Below, piece after piece: positions 49,063 through 58,339 of a stretch of 64,000 nucleotides of DNA. Positions within the stretch are counted from its first letter, which is position 1, and each line of letters starts with the position of its first letter. The position numbers were made by a program, and so were the translations under genes. The notes beneath the pieces are model-generated. The model was given only the letters and a program-made list of their open reading frames with translations, was not told the origin of the DNA and searched no databases. This stretch comes from Spirochaetota bacterium (GTDB taxonomy: Bacteria > Spirochaetota > UBA4802 > JAFGDQ01), in the NCBI GenBank assembly GCA_043803405.1, contig JAZDKB010000018.1, forward strand, positions 32,001-96,000. Direction: 5' to 3'.

Positions 49063-49118
49063 TAGTACACTGTCAAATTTGAGATTGTGAGTAAAAAAAT
49101 TTTTTTAGAATTCAATGT
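49063..49118 (+). repeat. 56-bp non-coding motif, copy 2
   Basis: 48/56 identical to the reverse complement of 21075-21130. Confidence 0.8.
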
Positions 49119-49235
49119 AAATAGTTTTTATAAACATAATTTTTCTTTGCAATAAAAAAATATACGTATTAATAATTTCGTTGATTTAATTTTTTACTTT
49201 GTTAAGTTAGGTTTTTTTGAAAAAAAAATAAAAAT

Positions 49236-49922
49236 GTGACCTCTATGGAATGTATTTTTTATCTCAAGTTTATTTTGCTTATTATCATTGGTTTGATAAT
49301 GGGCTTTTTATCATCTATTCCCGTAGGTGCTGTTCAGCTCGAGGTTGCAAAGAAGGCTATTAATGGTCATCTGATTCCTGCTATTGCTATAGCTGTCGGT
49401 TCCGCAACATCGGATTTCATTTACGGAGTTTTAACTCTTTTCGGCCTCGGCGGGTTTCTTTTTCATATAGAATTTAAAATCGGAGTGTATATTCTCGGCA
49501 TTATTGTACTTTTATTCCTTTTTATCCGTTCTATGAAAGAATACAGGCGTGGTATTGTTTATTATGAAAAACGTCTTGTATACAAAAAAAGGATTTCCTT
49601 CTTAACGGGTTTTACAATTGCAATAACAAATCCCGGAATGATCATCTGGTGGATAATCGGATTTAAAATATTTATTGATTTCGATATTTTTAATACGATC
49701 ACCCCGCTTATTAAAATAATTTTTATTATTTCAGGATGCGCAGGGCTTGTAGGTTATTTGATTTTTATTGCAACAATACTGAATAAAATGCAGCAATCGG
49801 TTTCAAAAAAATTTCTTCACAGAATGAATCTGTATTTAATGGTTTTACTCGGAATTTTAATTAGTTACTTTTTAATTAAACTGATATTTATAATTTTTAA
49901 CTTCCGTTCTCCTCTTCCATAA
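49236..49922 (+). CDS. LysE family translocator
   Basis: SIPVGAV, FLTGFTIAITNPGMIIWW, six TM helices; exact start uncertain. Confidence 0.85.
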   Translation: MTSMECIFYLKFILLIIIGLIMGFLSSIPVGAVQLEVAKKAINGHLIPAIAIAVGSATSDFIYGVLTLFGLGGFLFHIEFKIGVYILGIIVLLFLFIRSMKEYRRGIVYYEKRLVYKKRISFLTGFTIAITNPGMIIWWIIGFKIFIDFDIFNTITPLIKIIFIISGCAGLVGYLIFIATILNKMQQSVSKKFLHRMNLYLMVLLGILISYFLIKLIFIIFNFRSPLP

Positions 49923-50167
49923 ATTCATTTTTTCAGCTGCCAAGCAATTACTTAACATTTTCTATTTTATGTCCTGCAAATATTTTAAAGCGACATAATA
50001 TTTTTATTGACTAATTCATTCATATATGTTTTAAAATTACTATTAAATTCAATTCAAGTATAAATCACTCCGCCTTTATAAGGCAGCAACTCATTAAGAA
50101 TAAACATATTTAAATAAAATAATTTTTTCAGATTTTTTCAAAGCCTTTATTTTATGGAGCATTTCAA

Positions 50168-52234
50168 ATGAAGCAGGATTCAGCCTCGAAATATATACGT
50201 AAAAGAGACGGAAGAATTGTTCCTTTTGACCCCGAAAAAATAACAGAAGCTATCTTTAAAGCAGCAAGGGCCGTAGGCGGCGATGACAGGGATCCGGCAA
50301 AAAGCGTTTCGGATTCGGTAATAGGAATACTCGATATAGTCTGCAAAGATGAAAGAATCCCTACTGTAGAAAATGTTCAGGATCTTGTTGAAAAGATTTT
50401 AATTGAGAAAGGCCACGCAAAAGTCGCAAAGGCTTTTATTCTCTACAGGGAACAGCACAGAAAAATAAGAGAAGCAAAAGCTCTTATTGACGAAGGCTTA
50501 AGCCTTGTTGATGATTACCTGGACAGGTCGGACTGGCGTGTTAATGAAAACAGCAATATGAGTTATTCTCTTCAGGGACTGAACAATCACATAGCGTCTG
50601 CGATTACCGCAAAGTACTGGCTTGAGAGAATATACCCGCCCGAAATACGGGAGGCCCATGTAAACTGCGATCTGCATATTCATGATCTCGGGCTTCTGTC
50701 GGCCTATTGTGTAGGCTGGGATCTTAAGGACGTCCTTTTAAAGGGGTTCGGCGGAGTGAAAGGAAAGGTCGAAAGCAGGCCCGCTAAGCATTTCAGAAGC
50801 GCCCTGGGACAGGTTGTAAACTTTTTTTATACGCTGCAGGGGGAATCCGCAGGAGCGCAGGCATTTGCTAATTTCGATACTTATCTGGCTCCGTTTATTA
50901 AATATGACAATCTATCCTATAAGGAAGTAAGACAGTGTTTGCAGGAATTTATATTTAACATGAATATTCCTACAAGGGTAGGTTTTCAGACACCGTTTAC
51001 AAATGTGACAATGGATATTGTTGTGCCTTCTAACATTGGCGAAGAATATGTGGTCATTGGCGGAGAAATTAAAGATAAAAAATATGCCGAGTTTCAGAAT
51101 GAAATGGATATTTTTAATTCTGCCTTTACGGAATGCCTGCTTGAAGGCGACGCGAAAAACCGCATCTTTACATTCCCTATCCCGACTTATAATCTTACAA
51201 AAAATTTTGATTGGGATAATCCCAAGCATGAGCATTTGTGGGAAATGACGGCAAAATACGGGATTCCTTACTTTGCCAACTTTATAAATTCCGACATGGA
51301 TCCTGAAGACGCAAGGTCAATGTGCTGCAGGCTGAGACTGGATAACCGCGAATTGCGGAAAAGAGGCGGGGGGCTATTCGGAGCAAATCCGCTTACAGGC
51401 AGCATAGGCGTTATAACGATCAATATGCCGAGGCTTGCGTACAATTCCGCTAATGAAAACGAATTCTTTGACAGGCTTGAGCATTTAATGGAATTAGGGA
51501 AAAACGCTCTCGAAGTTAAAAGAAAAGTACTCGAAAGCTTTACGGAAAACGATCTGTATCCTTATACAAAATATTATTTATCCGATATCCGTCAAAGAAC
51601 AGGCAAATACTGGATCAATCATTTTTCCACGATAGGAATAATCGGAATGAATGAAGCCTGTTTGAATCTGATCGGGAAAAATATTGCAACAAAAGAAGGA
51701 AAGGATTTTTCAATAAAAGTGTTAAAATTCATGAGAGAAAGGCTGTCCGAATATCAGGAAGAAACAGGCAGTCTGTTTAATCTTGAAGCGACTCCCGCAG
51801 AAGGCGTTACATACAGGTTTGCAAAGCACGATAAAAATGATTTTCCGAAAATAATTACAGCAGGCAAGAACGAGCCGTATTATACAAATTCAGTTCATTT
51901 GCCTGTTAACGAAGAAGCGGATGTATTCGAGCTTCTTGCTCATCAAAATGAGCTTCAGGCTTTGTTTACAGGCGGTACAGTCGTTCATTGCTTTCTTGGC
52001 GAAAAAATAGACGATCCGAAAATGGTGATGCTTTTAGTAAAGAAAATTGCGGAGAATTATTCTGTTCCGTATTTTACGCTGACTCCGACCTTCAGCATTT
52101 GCCCTGTTCACGGCTATTTGCCCGGCTCCCATGAGTTTTGTCCACATGAGCACAGCGAGGAAGACCTTGAAGCTTACGGAATCGATGCCGATAATGATAA
52201 TAAAGCAGAGACTGTTTTTAAAGCAGTGAGCTGA
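50168..52234 (+). CDS. nrdD: Class III (anaerobic) ribonucleotide reductase catalytic subunit with ATP cone, lacking the glycyl-radical loop
   Basis: KRDGRIVPFD ATP cone, HIHDL, SMCCRL, EATPAEG, CPVHGY; no RVxGY motif. Confidence 0.93.
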   Translation: MKQDSASKYIRKRDGRIVPFDPEKITEAIFKAARAVGGDDRDPAKSVSDSVIGILDIVCKDERIPTVENVQDLVEKILIEKGHAKVAKAFILYREQHRKIREAKALIDEGLSLVDDYLDRSDWRVNENSNMSYSLQGLNNHIASAITAKYWLERIYPPEIREAHVNCDLHIHDLGLLSAYCVGWDLKDVLLKGFGGVKGKVESRPAKHFRSALGQVVNFFYTLQGESAGAQAFANFDTYLAPFIKYDNLSYKEVRQCLQEFIFNMNIPTRVGFQTPFTNVTMDIVVPSNIGEEYVVIGGEIKDKKYAEFQNEMDIFNSAFTECLLEGDAKNRIFTFPIPTYNLTKNFDWDNPKHEHLWEMTAKYGIPYFANFINSDMDPEDARSMCCRLRLDNRELRKRGGGLFGANPLTGSIGVITINMPRLAYNSANENEFFDRLEHLMELGKNALEVKRKVLESFTENDLYPYTKYYLSDIRQRTGKYWINHFSTIGIIGMNEACLNLIGKNIATKEGKDFSIKVLKFMRERLSEYQEETGSLFNLEATPAEGVTYRFAKHDKNDFPKIITAGKNEPYYTNSVHLPVNEEADVFELLAHQNELQALFTGGTVVHCFLGEKIDDPKMVMLLVKKIAENYSVPYFTLTPTFSICPVHGYLPGSHEFCPHEHSEEDLEAYGIDADNDNKAETVFKAVS

Positions 52235-52338
52235 TTTATAGTTTGATTCCACCGTACACTATTTTATACAGGACGACAAAATTGATGATAATTTTAAAAG
52301 TGTATTGCATAAATTAAAAAATTTCTTTAGAGGTAATT

Positions 52339-52524
52339 ATGAAAAAAGGAAAAAAAATCCCGGTGGAAGTATACTCCAGAGTTGTCGGTTATTTCAGACC
52401 TGTTAATCAGTGGAATAAAGGCAAGCAGGAAGAGTTTAGCGAAAGGTTTGAATTTACACCGGAAGCAATCATCGGTACATGTTTGAATGAAAATCAAAGG
52501 TATACAAAAAACATCGCTTGTTGA
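52339..52524 (+). CDS. Stand-alone NrdD glycyl-radical domain peptide
   Basis: EVYSRVVGYFRPVNQWNKGKQEEF; own RBS GAGGT. Confidence 0.88.
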   Translation: MKKGKKIPVEVYSRVVGYFRPVNQWNKGKQEEFSERFEFTPEAIIGTCLNENQRYTKNIAC

Positions 52525-53182
52525 TTATCCCGGGAGATTAAGCACTGTTCTCTTTTTCGGAGGATGCAACTTTTCCTGCGGGTATTGCCATAACCCCGAA
52601 CTGGCCCGCAATGATAACAATCTCAATTCTTATTCTGAATCAGATGTTCTTAATTTATTAAAAGACCGCAAATCATTAGTTGATTCTGTGGTAATTACAG
52701 GCGGTGAACCCACACTTTTTCAGGAACTGTCACCTTTCCTTGAAAAAATAAAAGAAATATCGCTGTTTATTAAAATCGATACTAACGGCTCAAATCCGGA
52801 TGTTATTGAAAACCTGTTAAATAGAAAGATTCCGGATTATATTGCTATTGATATTAAAACTTCCCCGCAAAAGTACAAACTTGCTGCAGGAGTAAATATT
52901 GATTTTAATAAAATTATTAAAACAATAGAATTAGTAAAAGAGTCCGGGATCGATTATGAAGTAAGAACTACCTGTGTCCCATCTTATGTGAACATTGACG
53001 ATTTTATAAGCATTAAAAATGAAATCGGGAATGTAAAAAAATACTTTCTTCAGCAATTTGTTAACAGCAATACACTCGATCCTTCTTTGCATGAATGCAC
53101 ACCTTACACGGAATCCGTGTTAAATGAATTTAAAGATTACGTAAAAAATTTTTCCGGGTTCTGCGGGATCAGGGGGATATAG
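52487..53182 (+). CDS. nrdG: Anaerobic RNR activating radical-SAM protein
   Basis: SLVDYPG, CNFSCGYCHNP, ITGGEPT, DTNGS. Confidence 0.93.
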   Translation: MKIKGIQKTSLVDYPGRLSTVLFFGGCNFSCGYCHNPELARNDNNLNSYSESDVLNLLKDRKSLVDSVVITGGEPTLFQELSPFLEKIKEISLFIKIDTNGSNPDVIENLLNRKIPDYIAIDIKTSPQKYKLAAGVNIDFNKIIKTIELVKESGIDYEVRTTCVPSYVNIDDFISIKNEIGNVKKYFLQQFVNSNTLDPSLHECTPYTESVLNEFKDYVKNFSGFCGIRGI

Positions 53183-53384
53183 CGATTTTTTAAAGTTGAC
53201 AAAAAACTTTAAAAATGCTGTATGCGTATGCGGCGATAAATTTGCTATAATTAGGATTATAAATATTTTTTTGAGCTTTTATAATATAAATTCCATTTAA
53301 TTATTGACCTGTCCGCAACATTAAAACAATAAGTTACATGCTGCTGAGTAAAATAATATAAATTTTTATCAGGATCTGTAGAAT

Positions 53385-53477
53385 ATGACAAAACAGTACA
53401 ATGCAAGAGAAAAAAGAAAAAAGGCAAAAAAACGCTTAAAGAGAAAGAAAAAGAAAGAAAAATTGGGAGTTAAGTAG
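53385..53477 (+). CDS. Putative 30-aa highly basic small protein
   Basis: MTKQYNAREKRKKAKKRLKRKKKKEKLGVK*, AGGA upstream; below the ORF-track cutoff. Confidence 0.5.
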   Translation: MTKQYNAREKRKKAKKRLKRKKKKEKLGVK

Positions 53478-54309
53478 AAACCCGGTCTCTGCGGGAGAGA
53501 ATTGTTGCAGGATCGATCTCACCGACATTATTAAAAATATAGTCCGGCTGATACGGAAAACGAGCAGCTCTTTCTTTTGATGTAACCCCGGATAAAACCA
53601 GGCAAGTGGTCATGCCGGATTCAAGCCCGCCGATTATGTCCGTATCCATCCGGTCGCCTATCATAAAGCAATTGGCGGAGTGGACTCCCAGTTTTTTTCG
53701 AGCTAAATACATCATTATCGGATTCGGTTTGCCTACGAAGTAGGGAGCAATGCCGGTCGTTTTTTGAATGGGCGCCACCAGGGCTCCGCATGCCGGCACT
53801 GGCCCTCTCTTTGTCGGGCCTGTAATATCGGGATTTGTTGCAATAAACCTTGCTCCTTCCTGTATCAGAAGGGAAGCTTCCCTGATAGTCAAATAATCGT
53901 ACTCTTCGGTCTCTCCGACTATAACATAGTCGGGTCTGTTTTTTGTTATTTTAACGCCTGCTGCTTTCAGTTCTTTCAGCAATCCGTTTCCTCCGATCAC
54001 ATAAGCTGAAAATCTTGATTTTTTGTGCACCTGGTAAAGCAGAAAACTTGCCATTGCCATTGCGGATGTATAAAAACGTTCCTTTTCGACTTTTATACCG
54101 ATTTTATTCATACGTTCTTTTAATTCTTCCGGAGTGAAATAAGAGTTATTTGTTAAAAATAAAAATCTGAATCCTCCGTCTTTTAATCTTCCGACAAAGT
54201 CCATTGCTCCGGGGATCAGCACTTTCCCTTTGTTTATAACTCCGTCCATATCAATAATAAATGCTTTATCGTAAGTGATTTTTTTTGTTATCTCTTTTTT
54301 AACACTCAT
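53470..54309 (-). CDS. HAD-IIA (NagD-like) hydrolase
   Basis: DMDGV, LTNNS, GKP, IGDRMDTDI. Confidence 0.93.
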   Translation of the reverse strand: MSVKKEITKKITYDKAFIIDMDGVINKGKVLIPGAMDFVGRLKDGGFRFLFLTNNSYFTPEELKERMNKIGIKVEKERFYTSAMAMASFLLYQVHKKSRFSAYVIGGNGLLKELKAAGVKITKNRPDYVIVGETEEYDYLTIREASLLIQEGARFIATNPDITGPTKRGPVPACGALVAPIQKTTGIAPYFVGKPNPIMMYLARKKLGVHSANCFMIGDRMDTDIIGGLESGMTTCLVLSGVTSKERAARFPYQPDYIFNNVGEIDPATILSRRDRVST

Positions 54310-54544
54310 GAGGTAAATACTCCTGTAATTATTTTATGATATAAGTATTTTTTTTTAATGTCCACATATTTTTTTGATAAAAAATTAATGTGTTTAAAAT
54401 AAAATTTTAACTTAAAAATATGTTTGCTTAATAATTAAATATGAATAAAATCGGATTAATTCTAATATCCCGGCAGATATACGTTTTAATATAGTTTTAA
54501 AAAAGTACGTGTAAGAACAAAGATATGCAAAAAAGGGGGTTGAC

Positions 54545-55003
54545 TTGGGAATTACTATTCATACCAAGCCGTTTGGAGAAATTGAAGTCGAAACAAAACA
54601 AATTGTCGATTTCCCGGACGGAATACTCGGATTCGACTTTGTAAAGAAGTTCGTTATTCTTGATTCCGAGGAAAATTCTCCTTTTAAATGGATGCAGGCT
54701 TTTTCAGAACCCGATCTGGCTTTCATTATTATACAGCCTGTTTTTTTTAAGCCGGATTATGAACTTATTATTTCTCAGAGCGACATTGAAGCTGTTGAAG
54801 CTCAGGACGCAAATTCACTTCTTGTTTTTGTAATAGTTACTATCCCTTCCAACCCTTCGGACATGACGGCAAACCTACAGGGTCCAATAATTATAAATAC
54901 AAAGAAACAAATAGGCAGACAGGTTATTTCATTAAGCGATAAATATTGCGTTAAACATAAAATACTTGATGAGATGAAAAATATAGAGCAGGCAAAAGGA
55001 TAA
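54545..55003 (+). CDS. fliW: Flagellar assembly factor FliW
   Basis: [23 protein letters not shown]; adjacent to csrA. Confidence 0.95.
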   Translation: MGITIHTKPFGEIEVETKQIVDFPDGILGFDFVKKFVILDSEENSPFKWMQAFSEPDLAFIIIQPVFFKPDYELIISQSDIEAVEAQDANSLLVFVIVTIPSNPSDMTANLQGPIIINTKKQIGRQVISLSDKYCVKHKILDEMKNIEQAKG

Positions 55004-55007
55004 ATTT

Positions 55008-55268
55008 ATGCTTGTATTGGCCAGAAAGTTTAACGAAAGCATTATGATCGGCGATGAAATAGAAGTAATCATTATTGAGATAAAAAACGACCAGGTTAAA
55101 CTCGGCATTAAAGCTCCAAAAAAAATCGCAGTTCACAGAAAAGAAGTATATGAAGAAATACAACTGGAAAATATCGCTGCATTAAGTTCAGAATTCAAGC
55201 CCGAAGACTTAAAGCGATTTTCGAATTTTTTAAAAAAGAACAGCAAGTCCGACAAAGACAAAAAATAA
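55008..55268 (+). CDS. csrA: Carbon storage regulator CsrA
   Basis: [28 protein letters not shown]. Confidence 0.97.
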   Translation: MLVLARKFNESIMIGDEIEVIIIEIKNDQVKLGIKAPKKIAVHRKEVYEEIQLENIAALSSEFKPEDLKRFSNFLKKNSKSDKDKK

Positions 55269-55292
55269 CTGGATTCGGCTAAGTATAATACA

Positions 55293-56234
55293 ATGGCAAA
55301 AAAGAAACTCTATATAAATAACCTGGTAGACGGCACTATCGATATCGATCTCCAGCTGGAACTTATTGCAGGAGAACATGGCCTGAATAAGGAAATTACC
55401 AGCGGTGATGTAAACAGGCCAGGGTTAAGCCTTGCGGGCTTTTTCGATTTTTTTGCTTTCAGCAGAATACAGGTTTTCGGCCTGGGCGAAACCGCTTTTA
55501 TGAGAAATCTCCCGGATGATAAAATGAAAGAAATGCTGAACTCATTTTTTTCATACGATATTCTCTGCTGCGTGTTTACACATGAAGAAAGACCAAACGA
55601 AATGTTTATCGATCTTGCGAACAGCAGGAACATTCCTACTTTTGTGACAAAATACCGCACAACAAGGTTCGTAAGTCTGTGGACGCATGCTGTTGAAAAA
55701 TATTTTGCGCAAATAATGACCGCGCATGGTTCTCTGGTTGATGTATTCGGCGTAGGTGTTTTACTGCTCGGCAAAAGCGGCGTAGGGAAAAGCGAATGCG
55801 CCCTGGAACTCATCGAGAAAGGGCACAGGCTTGTTGCCGACGATGTCGTGGAAATACAAAAAATCGACGAGCTGTTTCTTTTCGGTAACAGCGCCGAAAT
55901 AATACGGCATCATATGGAAATAAGAGGCTTAGGCATCATTAATGTAAGGGAGATATACGGGATAGCTTCCGTAAGGAACAGAAAAAGAATAGACTTTATT
56001 GTTCTACTTGAAGAATGGGATGAAAATAAAGAATATGACAGGCTTGGGATAGACGAGCAAAAATACACCATACTTGATATTGATCTTTCATATATAACGG
56101 TTCCTGTCCGGCCGGGCCGCAATATTCCAATACTTGTAGAAACAGCGGCTTTAAATCACAGGTTAAAAAAAATGGGGACTTATTCGGCAAAGGAACTTGA
56201 TTTAAAAATTCAGGACATAGTCAAAAAGGAGTAA
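55293..56234 (+). CDS. hprK: HPr kinase/phosphorylase
   Basis: RPGL, GKSGVGKSE, LVADD, EIRGLGII, PVRPGRN. Confidence 0.97.
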   Translation: MAKKKLYINNLVDGTIDIDLQLELIAGEHGLNKEITSGDVNRPGLSLAGFFDFFAFSRIQVFGLGETAFMRNLPDDKMKEMLNSFFSYDILCCVFTHEERPNEMFIDLANSRNIPTFVTKYRTTRFVSLWTHAVEKYFAQIMTAHGSLVDVFGVGVLLLGKSGVGKSECALELIEKGHRLVADDVVEIQKIDELFLFGNSAEIIRHHMEIRGLGIINVREIYGIASVRNRKRIDFIVLLEEWDENKEYDRLGIDEQKYTILDIDLSYITVPVRPGRNIPILVETAALNHRLKKMGTYSAKELDLKIQDIVKKE

Positions 56235-56236
56235 AT

Positions 56237-56509
56237 TTGGTAGAGGATGCAGTTTTTATTAATAGCGATGCGGGGGTACATGCCAGGCCGGCCATGATGC
56301 TTGTGCGGACAGCCATGAAATATCCGTGCGAAATTTTTTTTATAAAAGACGATGTTGAAGCAAATGCCAAATCCATTATGGGCGTTCTTGCGCTTGCCAT
56401 TACGAAAGGATCAAAGCTTATAATAAGGGCACACGGCGGAAATGAAGAAAAAGCAGTGCAGGAACTTATATCTTTAATTGAAAACGACTTTAAAGAGAGC
56501 GAAAACTAA
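56237..56509 (+). CDS. ptsH: Phosphocarrier protein HPr
   Basis: GVHARPA (His15), NAKSIMG (Ser46). Confidence 0.95.
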   Translation: MVEDAVFINSDAGVHARPAMMLVRTAMKYPCEIFFIKDDVEANAKSIMGVLALAITKGSKLIIRAHGGNEEKAVQELISLIENDFKESEN

Positions 56510-56521
56510 GCTTTATCTATT

Positions 56522-58339
56522 ATGTCGATAACCGGAAATCTTAAAAAAAATGTAATCGAGAAATCCAGGGTTCAGGACATAATTTTAATCAGCGGGATAC
56601 TTGCATTTTCTGCCGCATTGGTATTGGGGCTTTTCCCTGATGCAAACATTGAAGAAGGCGCTGAAAGGGAATATTTCATTTATCTGATAATGATAATCCC
56701 AATGATGGCTGCCATATATTTTATTTTTATCTCATTCAGCAGGAAATTATATTCAAGATCTTTTGATTTCAGTTCCAGTATTATTTTTAAAACAATGCTG
56801 GCATTTATTTCCGTAGCCATCCTCCCTTCGCTTACAATAATTATAATATCAAATCATATAATAAATTCGGCTATTTCGAATTTAATTACGGACGACACCA
56901 TATATTCTCTTGAAGAATCAATAGACCTGGCAAATGAACACATAAATAATTATTATGACAGTGTGGACGGCGAATTAAAGTCCATTAAATATTTTGTCAG
57001 AAAGGGAATGATTAATCCGGGAGTGGAGAGCAACAGAATACATATAGCGGAGAATTGCAGATTAAAAGGCATGGGCTGCGCCGTATTTAAAGTTTACGAA
57101 AAAAATGACGAGTCCAATAAATTAAATATTTTACAGAAAGAAAACATAAAAAATTATACCGGGGGTATTACAAAATTTTTTCAAAATGCCGATCTGGATT
57201 CAATACCTAAAATCTCACATATCTCAATAGATAAAAATCCAATTTTACTAGGGCAGCTATATTATAACGGATTTATTATTGCAGTAACAAAAGATTTACC
57301 CAGGACATTTTATAGCAGAACAAATCTGTATAAATCTTCAATACAAAGATATAAAAACCGCGAATTTCAGAAACCGTATTTTGAAACAGGGATCGGAGTG
57401 CTTCTTCTTTCCATTGCAATAATAATTGTTTTAATTTCCGTAAGTGTGAGCTTCTTTTTATCGAGAGGATTTACAAAACCTGTACTTGAACTTGCCGAAG
57501 CCGCAGGCCACGTGGCTTCCGGCGACTTTCACATAGAGCTTAAAAGAGACGCAACCGATGAACTTGCGCTTCTTTTTAAATCGTTCAATAAAATGGTGCG
57601 GCAGCTCGATGAAAGCAAGAAGTTAATGTTTCACGCACAAAGGCTGGAAGCATGGAGGGATGTTGCAAGAAGGATTGTCCATGAAATTAAAAATCCGCTT
57701 ACTCCTATACGGCTTTCAGCCGAGAGAATTCAAAACAGATACCGTGAAGGTAATCCCGACATAAGCAATATAATCGCTTTGGGCACTGAAACGATAATTG
57801 AAGAAGTAAAAGTATTAAACAGAATATTAAACGAATTTTCCGGATTTGCAAGGCTGCCGGAAATGCGCGGCGAATACCGCGATATTAATCCGGTTATTGA
57901 GAACTGCGTTAATTTTTTTATGGGGCACGATGAAGTATCGTTTCATGTAAGTCTTGACGATTCAATACCAAAACTTTTTATAGACAAGGTTTTGTTAAGA
58001 CAGGCATTGACAAATATTATACAGAACTCGGTTGACGCGCTCGGCAGAAGCGGAAACATATTTGTAAAATCGGAATATGCCGACAAGGTTCACGGAATTG
58101 CGAAAGTATCAATCAGGGATGACGGACCCGGAATTGACGAGGAGAATCTGGAAAAAATATTTGATCCGACATTTTCAACAAAGATTACGGGGACCGGGCT
58201 TGGGCTTGCTATAGTGGAGAAAATTATTCTTGAACATAACGGCAGAATATTTTTTCATTCGGTTAAAGGCAAAGGAGCTGAATTCGTAATTGAGCTTCCT
58301 GTTCTGGAGGATATCAATGGCAAAAATATTACTGGTTGA
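56522..58339 (+). CDS. HAMP-domain sensor histidine kinase (NtrY-like)
   Basis: TM helices, HAMP, AWRDVARRIVHEIKNPLTPI, DDGPG, GTGLGL. Confidence 0.92.
   Translation: MSITGNLKKNVIEKSRVQDIILISGILAFSAALVLGLFPDANIEEGAEREYFIYLIMIIPMMAAIYFIFISFSRKLYSRSFDFSSSIIFKTMLAFISVAILPSLTIIIISNHIINSAISNLITDDTIYSLEESIDLANEHINNYYDSVDGELKSIKYFVRKGMINPGVESNRIHIAENCRLKGMGCAVFKVYEKNDESNKLNILQKENIKNYTGGITKFFQNADLDSIPKISHISIDKNPILLGQLYYNGFIIAVTKDLPRTFYSRTNLYKSSIQRYKNREFQKPYFETGIGVLLLSIAIIIVLISVSVSFFLSRGFTKPVLELAEAAGHVASGDFHIELKRDATDELALLFKSFNKMVRQLDESKKLMFHAQRLEAWRDVARRIVHEIKNPLTPIRLSAERIQNRYREGNPDISNIIALGTETIIEEVKVLNRILNEFSGFARLPEMRGEYRDINPVIENCVNFFMGHDEVSFHVSLDDSIPKLFIDKVLLRQALTNIIQNSVDALGRSGNIFVKSEYADKVHGIAKVSIRDDGPGIDEENLEKIFDPTFSTKITGTGLGLAIVEKIILEHNGRIFFHSVKGKGAEFVIELPVLEDINGKNITG

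Noticed and set aside
52200..52340. Frameshift or intron explaining the nrdD split
   Set aside because: The 104-bp spacer is AT-rich with a separate RBS and ATG; no slippery site or intron structure is evident
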